Part shown: positions 56,344-64,000 of the stretch, in pieces
Layout of the letters: each line of letters begins with the position of its first letter
Position numbering within the stretch: position 1 is the first letter of the stretch
IMG/VR virus record: IMGVR_UViG_3300034107_000607
Source: an uncultured virus (IMG/VR IMGVR_UViG_3300034107_000607)
Lineage: Duplodnaviria; Heunggongvirae; Uroviricota; Caudoviricetes
Reading direction: 5' to 3' (one strand)
Length of the DNA: 64,000 nt
Position numbers and translations under genes: made by a program
The notes under the pieces: generated by a model
What the model saw: only the letters and a program-made list of their open reading frames with translations
What the model was told of the DNA's origin: nothing
Database searches by the model: none

Positions 56344-57900
56344 TTATCCGTTCCAACTTCTTGTGGGGCCTCTATCTATATGCACAAAATTACTTTTTCT
56401 ATATATACCAATACCATTAAATCCAACTGACTTTGCAACTTCTATAAACACATCTAAATTATTCGGCCAACCAGCCCATGTCACATCGAAAGCTTTTCCT
56501 TGGATGTGTTGACTAGTCTTTGCTACACCACTTGTTCTTTTACTAAGACAGTAGTTATATTTGGGGCTTCTATATGCGCTATTTATTGTAATCTGATTAA
56601 CTCCAGTTTGTTTAGAAAATTCTTTATAAACTCTCATTAGAAGTATTTTTGATGTAAGAAATACGTCAGTATCCAATTCCCATCCTTCTGATCCCATACC
56701 ACCAGCACAACCTTCACCTGGTGGCTTTATCCAGTTACCAGCAAATGTTACTCTACTATCACCTTTGCCATTATTCCACCCAGGTAAATCATCTTTTTCA
56801 GGTCCTGTAATCAATGGTTGATTACCGCTTGCAGTTTCTAATGCAGCACCTCGTTCAATGGCCGCAGCAATTTCAGCTTCATCAAATCTTTTAGCACCAG
56901 AGTTGACAGCATCAATTGTATTAACAGATGAATTTGTTTTTAATATATTTCCAGCATACACATATTTATTTGAAAAATCTTCAAGCGGTGATTTAATACC
57001 ATTAATAATATCTTCGACTTGAGTAATGAATGAACAAAATCTATAGATTAAAAACTGTATTTCTTCAATTTTAGGATCTTTAAAAATGTTTGTTGCATAC
57101 GAAATAAGACCTTCAATTTTTTTCTTAAAGTTCTCTACATTTATTGATTCAAAAAATTTCATGGCTTTTGATTTTAGTAGAAAGAATTTATTTGCTATTT
57201 TATTATGAAAGAATTTATTTACATCAGAAATAAGTTCGTCTATAGAAAAGTTTTCAATAATACTTTTTACCTTTTCTATTGTATTCTCAATAACTGACAT
57301 TATTTTATCTTTAAGACTAGTTAGTAATGCAGCCAAACTAAAATTTTGGATTTTATTGACAATATCTGTAATTTTATTTGCAAAGTTTCTAATAGCTGTA
57401 AAGAAACCTGCGACGGCACCAAAAATAGATGGAGCTAATTCGCAAAATGTACCCATCGTACTTTTGGAAAATCTACCATTAATATGTGAATTGTAAAGTT
57501 TTAATACAGTTTTAGGACTTGATGTTATTGCACTTTGTATTGTAATAGGATTATAACCAATATCTTCCATAAAATCAATATATTCTATTGTAGTAATCGC
57601 AACACCTTTAGATATTCTATCATTAACCAATGGATAATTCACAGGTAAATTTAAATTAGTATTTGTACTCGATGCTAAAAGAAAATTATTAAATGCTATT
57701 AAGCCCTGGTTGAATGTATCTTGTGTGTATAAATCTATATAATTATTAGAACTAATCCTATTTACTGCACTTTTCTCGAAATCTGCTTGTAATTTATCTA
57801 ATTGATATATTTGTATTGTGGGTGAATAAGCAAATCCATCTGTGCTAATTAAAGAAGCAGTATTTCTTGATTCGGTAGTATCTTTACATATTTCTGCCAT
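56344..57900 (-). CDS. Baseplate-associated protein with C-terminal peptidase M15A-like domain
   Basis: INSAYRS..YN, SQH..GKAFD, GIGIY...FVHID. Confidence 0.8.
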   Translation of the reverse strand: MAEICKDTTESRNTASLISTDGFAYSPTIQIYQLDKLQADFEKSAVNRISSNNYIDLYTQDTFNQGLIAFNNFLLASSTNTNLNLPVNYPLVNDRISKGVAITTIEYIDFMEDIGYNPITIQSAITSSPKTVLKLYNSHINGRFSKSTMGTFCELAPSIFGAVAGFFTAIRNFANKITDIVNKIQNFSLAALLTSLKDKIMSVIENTIEKVKSIIENFSIDELISDVNKFFHNKIANKFFLLKSKAMKFFESINVENFKKKIEGLISYATNIFKDPKIEEIQFLIYRFCSFITQVEDIINGIKSPLEDFSNKYVYAGNILKTNSSVNTIDAVNSGAKRFDEAEIAAAIERGAALETASGNQPLITGPEKDDLPGWNNGKGDSRVTFAGNWIKPPGEGCAGGMGSEGWELDTDVFLTSKILLMRVYKEFSKQTGVNQITINSAYRSPKYNYCLSKRTSGVAKTSQHIQGKAFDVTWAGWPNNLDVFIEVAKSVGFNGIGIYRKSNFVHIDRGPTRSWNG

Positions 57901-57911
57901 GATTTTAATCC

Positions 57912-59939
57912 TTAACTAATCCCGCGCTCTTTTAAGAGGCGTTCATATCTTGCTCTATCTTTATCTATATTCATTGTGTAAGTCTGTCCTGTTCTTGTTC
58001 CTGCTACGGCCGCACGAATATCACCGACAGGGTCACCTGTTCTTCTGACTCTATCTTTTAGATATGCTGCGGTAACTGAAGCTGCAACTTGTCTGTCGGT
58101 ATTAACAAGAGAAGGATTAGCAACAATATTATATCCAGTTAATTTGGCATATCTGTCATAATTAGCTCTGAATGTCAATTGTATAAGTCCGCGGCCTCTA
58201 TAATTATATCCATCATTATTTCCAGAACCATTGCCATTCTGGCCGCCATAAACATAATTAAAGAATTCTGTATCATTACTTTTAAGTGCAGTTAACTCTG
58301 TATCGGAAAGTGATGATGTACGAGAGAATATAGATCTAATTCGTTCATTAGAAGTACCTGAATAACTTGTTTCAGTTGCGGTAAAGGCACCATTTGATTC
58401 ACCGCCAATAATCGCAAGTGCCGCAGTTATTTCGTTTTCGCTGAAACCTTGCGCGCGAAGCGCTTCTTCAATATCAGCATAATCTCCGGCAACATAATTA
58501 CCTTCTACTGGAGTATCAGATGTTTTATTACCGTCAGTTACTCCATCGTCTTGTGATACATAACCACCACTGCCAGATAGTGAAGGACTTTTATAACCAC
58601 CATTTCCAAACCCGGCACCACCACCGTTCCCGTTACCGCTAGACTTTGCCGCCGGTTCTGGTAATTCGGTAGATTCTGCAGGTGAAGCCGCTACGGCATC
58701 ATCTGCCGCAATCGGAGTTCCAGCCATTCCGTTAGCAAGTTGAACAATATCATCAATAGCTACAGTCGATGCATTGATGCTTACAAGCTGTCCCCCGCCA
58801 GCGATTACGTGATCTGCTTTGAGGCTTAAATTGCCGGAAGAATCTATTGATATCTCAGAAGATTTTATATTTGAAGTACCTGATCCTTGGATGAATAAGT
58901 TATCGCCTTTGATATTAATATCTTCTACTGCTTCTTGGAATATACCTTGACCAGATTTAATGTTTATCAATTCACCAGACTGTATATTAATCTTTTTAGC
59001 AGACCTTAAGTTAATGCCTTCTATATTTGATTCAATTCTAATTTTACCTGCACGGGCCTGAATTTCATCCCCGGCATTTAAATTCAATTGGCCCGCAACT
59101 GATAGTTCATAGTTTCCATGAACTACTTGTCTCATATCACCAGTTACATCTTGAGTAAAATTTCCATCTACGTTAAAAACTGCGTCACCTTCTACCTTTA
59201 TAACTTGTCCGGCTTTTGCAATAATAACTATATTTGCTTCTGAAATAAGCCACAAATCATTCACTGATTTTAAAACTGTTACTCCATTTTGATGCATTTC
59301 TAAAAATTGACCTTCGCTGTGTCCTAATCTAACTCTTGCTGCGGATGGTGAATCATCCATCTCAAAACAGTGACCGCCCGCGGTTTCTGTTACTCTGTTA
59401 AAGGGATAAACTGGTTGCGCGCCGGGCGCGGGCTCTTCAATAATAAAATCTTCTTCTATCGCTGATAGATCAGCACTGACTCTAGTGACTTCCTGCATCA
59501 ACACGTCAGTTTTGTGTAGCTCTTCTCCTCTAGCTTTTCTTGAGTTTTGAGGCTGTCCGTAGTCTACTGCTCTTGAACCCTGAGATTGGAGATCTACATT
59601 TTCTGCAGGAATAGCACCCCAGCCATTTACTTCAGGATCAATTAAACTAGTCATTTGAGTTGGTATTAAACCAAGTATCATTGGTTGTTGTGCATCACGG
59701 CCATCTAAAAAAAATCCGAACACCCATGAATTAAGCGGCGGGATTGGATAATTTGGATCATAGTTCCCTGATATACATATTGCCCAAGGTAAGTTTGTAG
59801 TTTCAACTTCTTTATTGGTACCGTGAACACCAAATGCTCTTACTTGAACACGACCTTCTTTTCTTGGATCATTTCTGTTTTCTACAACACCAACAAACCA
59901 TAAAGGATTTTTAATGCCTACGCCAGTATCTTCAAACAT
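57912..59939 (-). CDS. gp5: Baseplate hub/needle gp5 with C-terminal GH19-like glycoside hydrolase
   Basis: WFVGVVE.R.DP...GRV.VR.FG.H, LPWA, GFFLDG.DAQQP, YP.N.V.ET..GH..E.DD; C-terminal YRGRGLIQLT...NY; start ATG 59939. Confidence 0.88.
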   Translation of the reverse strand: MFEDTGVGIKNPLWFVGVVENRNDPRKEGRVQVRAFGVHGTNKEVETTNLPWAICISGNYDPNYPIPPLNSWVFGFFLDGRDAQQPMILGLIPTQMTSLIDPEVNGWGAIPAENVDLQSQGSRAVDYGQPQNSRKARGEELHKTDVLMQEVTRVSADLSAIEEDFIIEEPAPGAQPVYPFNRVTETAGGHCFEMDDSPSAARVRLGHSEGQFLEMHQNGVTVLKSVNDLWLISEANIVIIAKAGQVIKVEGDAVFNVDGNFTQDVTGDMRQVVHGNYELSVAGQLNLNAGDEIQARAGKIRIESNIEGINLRSAKKINIQSGELINIKSGQGIFQEAVEDINIKGDNLFIQGSGTSNIKSSEISIDSSGNLSLKADHVIAGGGQLVSINASTVAIDDIVQLANGMAGTPIAADDAVAASPAESTELPEPAAKSSGNGNGGGAGFGNGGYKSPSLSGSGGYVSQDDGVTDGNKTSDTPVEGNYVAGDYADIEEALRAQGFSENEITAALAIIGGESNGAFTATETSYSGTSNERIRSIFSRTSSLSDTELTALKSNDTEFFNYVYGGQNGNGSGNNDGYNYRGRGLIQLTFRANYDRYAKLTGYNIVANPSLVNTDRQVAASVTAAYLKDRVRRTGDPVGDIRAAVAGTRTGQTYTMNIDKDRARYERLLKERGIS

Positions 59940-61246
59940 TAATCTTCTCTCCAATCAAATTTAGTTAACATCATAGAAACTTCGTATACTTCTTTATTAA
60001 ATGTGTGAGTGCAATCGTGAACTAAATAATTACCAGCTAATTTAGAATCAGTCTTATTTTCGCCGGGTGTTATTTCTGGTATTTTTAATTTCACAACATC
60101 GCCAGCCTTTAAATCTAGCCTTCCATGTGCTTTCACATAGATTTTATTTCTATAAAGCATATAGCGGTATGTAGTTCGTCTAGAAACAATTTCTGGGAGA
60201 TATTGATCACTTCTAATAGTAGTTGGTCCATCCCCAGCAGATTGATAATCTTTAAAAACTAAATAGCGTCTTTCATTTTCATCAGTAAAAACTCTATTGA
60301 TAAAATTATCACCGTGAGTATCTTCAATATTTTTATTGCCGAAATTAAGACTAGCAAATTCAGTTTTACTATCTTCATATGAATATCTATTATTAGTTAC
60401 AGTTTTATTTACAAAATCTACGACTATAGGATTATTACGATAAGCACCACTTAACAAATCTGCAACAGTATTAATACGATCTGTATTCTTAAGTTCTATT
60501 AAATTTCGTAATTGTACTTCAAGATCAAATGATATTCTATTATTTGAACTACTTATTTCCATAGGATTTGAATATGGTGTGTAAGTAAATTCTTTTATAT
60601 TATTTAAACGGATTGCTTCTGCAATCAACCATTCATCAGGAACAAAATAGAATGATTCAGAATTTTCAAAGAATCTAAATGTACACGATGGTGATAAATT
60701 ACTATATGCTCTATTTGCAAGAAATTTTAAAGCCTGAGGCGGCATATAATTAGGTATTACGCAATAAAAATCACCTTCAGTTCTTTCTATTGCTATAGGT
60801 TTTGTGTTTGGACTATAATTTGCATCAAATATTTCTTTAACTGTATTTGAAATAAGACCATCAAATGCTTTAATTATTTTTCTAGTACCTGCATTCCATC
60901 TCATATATGAAACAAATCCCATATCATAAAAAATGATATCATTTGCTTCTTTTGTAACAACATTCTTTATTTTATACACCAGAAGATCAAATATTTTCTT
61001 GTTTTTTAGAATATCTTCTACTTCAATAAAAAGTCTCTCTTCACCTCTTAATGGTAATTTCTCTAATAATCCAACGCCGTCTGCTACACTTACATAGCCT
61101 CGTATAGAATCATTTTCAAGTGACTCTTGTATTTCTATTTTATGTATAATAGCAGATATATCTATACGAGCAGTGCTGCCGTATGGTGAAATATATGCTG
61201 CTATAAGTTTATAGTAACCCGGAAGTAGAAATTCTTGATCAGACAT
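59939..61246 (-). CDS. Probable baseplate hub protein (gp27-like position)
   Basis: I.ES....I.G...V.D, LPL.GEE, F.FFE, G...L.AGD.V, L.G.YLV....H.F; lies between gp53 and gp5. Confidence 0.6.
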   Translation of the reverse strand: MSDQEFLLPGYYKLIAAYISPYGSTARIDISAIIHKIEIQESLENDSIRGYVSVADGVGLLEKLPLRGEERLFIEVEDILKNKKIFDLLVYKIKNVVTKEANDIIFYDMGFVSYMRWNAGTRKIIKAFDGLISNTVKEIFDANYSPNTKPIAIERTEGDFYCVIPNYMPPQALKFLANRAYSNLSPSCTFRFFENSESFYFVPDEWLIAEAIRLNNIKEFTYTPYSNPMEISSSNNRISFDLEVQLRNLIELKNTDRINTVADLLSGAYRNNPIVVDFVNKTVTNNRYSYEDSKTEFASLNFGNKNIEDTHGDNFINRVFTDENERRYLVFKDYQSAGDGPTTIRSDQYLPEIVSRRTTYRYMLYRNKIYVKAHGRLDLKAGDVVKLKIPEITPGENKTDSKLAGNYLVHDCTHTFNKEVYEVSMMLTKFDWRED

Positions 61247-61252
61247 AAATTA

Positions 61253-61507
61253 TTAATCTCTCATTAATCTTTTAAGATCTTTTTCAACAACTGGTAAGTA
61301 TTGTTTATCAACCAAAAGAATATTTCGTTTATTTTCATTCATTTCATATTCATAATCATAGAGTCTTGTAGGGATCCATTCTTGTGGGATAATTTGTCTT
61401 ATAACAATTCGTCTACCTTTTTCGGTTCTTAGAATGATATTATCTTCTTTTCTAAGATATATAGTTCTAAAACTTTCCGGATTTAAAATAAGTCTATCTA
61501 TTGCCAT
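61253..61507 (-). CDS. gp53 C-terminal-like polypeptide
   Basis: YDYE...NE.KR.I.L....YL matches the gp53 C-terminal motif. Confidence 0.6.
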   Translation of the reverse strand: MAIDRLILNPESFRTIYLRKEDNIILRTEKGRRIVIRQIIPQEWIPTRLYDYEYEMNENKRNILLVDKQYLPVVEKDLKRLMRD

Positions 61508-61511
61508 TTGT

Positions 61512-61889
61512 TTATACCAACTTTGAGTAATAAGCTATATTTTCTAGTATATTTTCATTTTTTAACCAATCAATAACAGCATAGCCTTTTTGTCCTGATT
61601 GTTCCTCATATTTTTTAATTAGATATTTATGAAAATCATCATCTTTTAATGGCCACTCATAATATGGATCTGTAATCTTATTAGCAAGAAGTACTAGCCA
61701 AGTATAGTCGGTGGAACCATAATAATAGTATGCAATATCTTCGGGGCGATCTTCATCTGTTATTGTGTATGGTAAAAACAGATAAGGATTTGAAAGTGAA
61801 GATGTTATTAATCTATTTCTGCGGGAAATATCTCGCACTTGATAACCATTATAGTTAATTATTGGTAATTGATCAAAATAGTTTGACAT
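61512..61889 (-). CDS. gp53: Baseplate wedge subunit gp53 (N-terminal part)
   Basis: YF..LP.I.Y, RPE.IA..YYG...Y.W.VL.AN.I.DPYYEWP. Confidence 0.85.
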   Translation of the reverse strand: MSNYFDQLPIINYNGYQVRDISRRNRLITSSLSNPYLFLPYTITDEDRPEDIAYYYYGSTDYTWLVLLANKITDPYYEWPLKDDDFHKYLIKKYEEQSGQKGYAVIDWLKNENILENIAYYSKLV

Positions 61890-61912
61890 TTAATAATCCT
61901 CTTTTTTCTTCT

Positions 61913-62923
61913 TCAATTCTGGCGATCGCGATTATTTAAAGAATTTATAGTCCTAGTATCAATTGTCCGACCTTCACCACCATAATCTTCCGCTGTATGA
62001 ATATCCATTTCTTTCAGAGTCATAGACATGTTGACTACAGCTGGTTTGCCGCCTCTCATAATTGCCATGCCTTGAGGTGTATAATTAAAATTGAAGTTTT
62101 CTATCATACATGTTTTATAGCGTGTAAAATATTCTTCTTGTAATCCAAAAAAGTATATATCAACAGTACTAGGGTAACTTAAAATTGCTCTCTTTAATGG
62201 CCCTAATGCGGCATAACTTGGTAGTGCATTGCGCTTTACCAAATTTGTTATTTTAAGAATTTCATCTGATTCATCTGTAGATCTTGGGGCAAATGTCCAA
62301 CTAAAGCTATGTGTTTTCATTTCAATTCCTTTGAATTGAAGTGCTTGTTTTGGATTTACAGTAGCACCCGCACCTGCCTCCAACGAACTTGTAAGCTGTC
62401 CTGCATCTATTTGTGAACCTATAAAACTACCTGCAGCTGTATCTTGAAGCCTAGAAGCACCTTTACCAGCTTTGCCCGCCTTGCCAGCTCCTCTAGATAA
62501 GAAAGCAAGAGTTCCACCAATAGCTGAACCAACCCCCTTTACCATTGTTTGTGTGCTAGGTACTCCCATATTTTCTGCAATTCCACCTAAACTTGGAGTA
62601 GCACCCCCATTTAGCATATAACTTGCACTTTGACTTACAGCATCGCCAAATACACCTTGACTAAATTCACCTATATTGACTCTAAATGAATCACTAATTT
62701 CTTTAGGCAAAGGTAATAAGAGAGCATTTCCACTTATTTCTTCTATGCTGAAATTATTTTCTGCTACACTGTTTATCCCTCTGGTACCTGGGCTTTGATA
62801 CTTATACTTTTTAAAGATAAGTAACATTGAATGCGCAGATTGATCTTTTTTTGGAAATGTCAATACAGACATTCCATTCAGATCTTCTTTCTTTCTTAGT
62901 ATTTCTTCTCTTGGTGTGGTCAC
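61913..62923 (-). CDS. gp48: Baseplate tail tube cap gp48-like
   Basis: LPLP..I.D, NP...L.F.G...K.HSF.W.F.P.S..ES, YTP.G, L.E; likely GTG start 62923 with AAGGGA SD. Confidence 0.8.
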   Translation of the reverse strand: MTTPREEILRKKEDLNGMSVLTFPKKDQSAHSMLLIFKKYKYQSPGTRGINSVAENNFSIEEISGNALLLPLPKEISDSFRVNIGEFSQGVFGDAVSQSASYMLNGGATPSLGGIAENMGVPSTQTMVKGVGSAIGGTLAFLSRGAGKAGKAGKGASRLQDTAAGSFIGSQIDAGQLTSSLEAGAGATVNPKQALQFKGIEMKTHSFSWTFAPRSTDESDEILKITNLVKRNALPSYAALGPLKRAILSYPSTVDIYFFGLQEEYFTRYKTCMIENFNFNYTPQGMAIMRGGKPAVVNMSMTLKEMDIHTAEDYGGEGRTIDTRTINSLNNRDRQN

Positions 62924-62935
62924 CTTGAAATCCCT

Positions 62936-62943
62936 TATAAATA
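62936..62943 (+). promoter_or_regulatory. T4-type late promoter for gp4/gp2
   Basis: TATAAATA on + strand upstream of ATG 62980. Confidence 0.8.
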
Positions 62944-62958
62944 CAATTGAGTTTAACC

Positions 62959-62966
62959 TATTTATA
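62959..62966 (-). promoter_or_regulatory. T4-type late promoter for the baseplate operon
   Basis: TATAAATA on minus strand upstream of gp48. Confidence 0.8.
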
Positions 62967-62979
62967 TTAAAAGTTGGGC

Positions 62980-63438
62980 ATGGCATACAAAGGACGATTT
63001 AGACCGGCTAATCCGCAAAAATACCGGGGTGATCCGAGCAATATAGTATACAGATCATTATGGGAACTTAAGTTTTTCAAATTTATTGACTTACACCCTG
63101 ATGTAATTTGGTGGCAATCAGAAGAATTAGCCATTCCTTATTTATCGCCAATTGACGGTAGGATGCATAGATATTTTCCTGATGTGATATTAAATAAAAA
63201 GGTAGGTCCTGATAAGTTTGAAACTATTATGATTGAGATAAAACCTGAAAAGCAGACACTACCACCTGATATAAGTAAAAAGAATAAAACACCAACTGGT
63301 AGAATTTCTAGACGGTACATAAACGAAGTTAAAACATTTGGTATTAATGATGCAAAATGGAAAGCTGCTAGACAATATTGTGGTTCTCATGGCTGGATTT
63401 TCCAGATAATGACCGAAAAACATTTAAACATAAGGTAA
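62980..63438 (+). CDS. gp4: Head completion protein gp4
   Basis: MAYKGRF.P.NP.KY.GD, YRS.WE, W.SEE..IPY, HRYFPD, EIKP, N.AKW.AA. Confidence 0.92.
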   Translation: MAYKGRFRPANPQKYRGDPSNIVYRSLWELKFFKFIDLHPDVIWWQSEELAIPYLSPIDGRMHRYFPDVILNKKVGPDKFETIMIEIKPEKQTLPPDISKKNKTPTGRISRRYINEVKTFGINDAKWKAARQYCGSHGWIFQIMTEKHLNIR

Positions 63439-63442
63439 GAAC

Positions 63443-64000
63443 TTGGCTAAAATATTTGATGATATTCTACTAAAAGGTATTCGAGCAGGGCAAATGCCTT
63501 CTCGTAATAGTACCGCACGAGTATGGTATCGAGAAAAGGCTAAAGAAGTCGGTAAAGTAAATGAGACTTCATTTTTTAGAACTGCAGATGCTGACAGATT
63601 TAGAAATAGCGGTCAATTTCAAATTGGGTCAATGTATATGTTCTATTATGATCCAAAGCATAAAGATACACTTCCATATTATGACAGAGTACCTCTCATA
63701 TTTCCTATCAATAGAGCAAAAGGTGGATTCCTAGGAATTAACTTTCACTACTTACCTTTGAAGATGAGAGCTAAATTAATGGATAACATTTATGATACAG
63801 CATCAAATGATAAATATGATGAAACTACTAAAATGAAAATTTCATATAATATTTTAAACGCAAGTTCACAATACAAAGAATTTAGACCTGCGGTAAAACA
63901 TTATCTATTCGGTCATGTTCGCAGTAGATTACTTTATGTAAACCCATCCGAATGGGATGTGGCGTTATTCTTGAATATTGCTAGATTTGAAGGTGCTACA
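63443..64000 (+). CDS. gp2: DNA end protector protein gp2 (partial, runs off window)
   Basis: Own translation from TTG 63443: MAKIFDDIL...GSMYMFYYDPKHKDTLPYYD..PLIF...GFLGINFHYLP...KHYL..HV.S. Confidence 0.9.
   Translation, partial: MAKIFDDILLKGIRAGQMPSRNSTARVWYREKAKEVGKVNETSFFRTADADRFRNSGQFQIGSMYMFYYDPKHKDTLPYYDRVPLIFPINRAKGGFLGINFHYLPLKMRAKLMDNIYDTASNDKYDETTKMKISYNILNASSQYKEFRPAVKHYLFGHVRSRLLYVNPSEWDVALFLNIARFEGAT

Overview
AT-rich segment of a large T4-like myophage genome covering the late structural region. Almost all genes are on the minus strand behind T4-type late promoters (TATAAATA). Reading right to left: gp2 and gp4 (plus strand); the baseplate block (gp48, a split gp53, hub, gp5 with a GH19-like C-terminus, an M15 peptidase fusion, gp25, gp6, gp7-like, gp8); a large VrlC/DUF4815-like protein; and a short S74-chaperoned fibre. 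The remaining ~43 kb appears to be two parallel ~20 kb super-modules. Each has a paralogous beta-helix-like protein, a paralogous ~150 aa protein, a giant proline-poor collagen-like fibre (G-X-Q in one, GFT-GSK-GDI in the other) with an S74 chaperone, tip/adhesin genes with assembly chaperones, and a sugar-modification operon under its own late promoter. One operon carries ADP-heptose enzymes, a GT9-like TPR protein and a sulfotransferase; the other carries many glycosyl- and methyltransferases. Each module ends in the same element: a consensus sigma70 promoter with a palindrome, pointing antisense and sitting back-to-back with a late promoter. The best hypothesis is a phage-encoded system that glycosylates its own collagen-like fibres. 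All family calls come from motifs recognised by eye; no searches were run.
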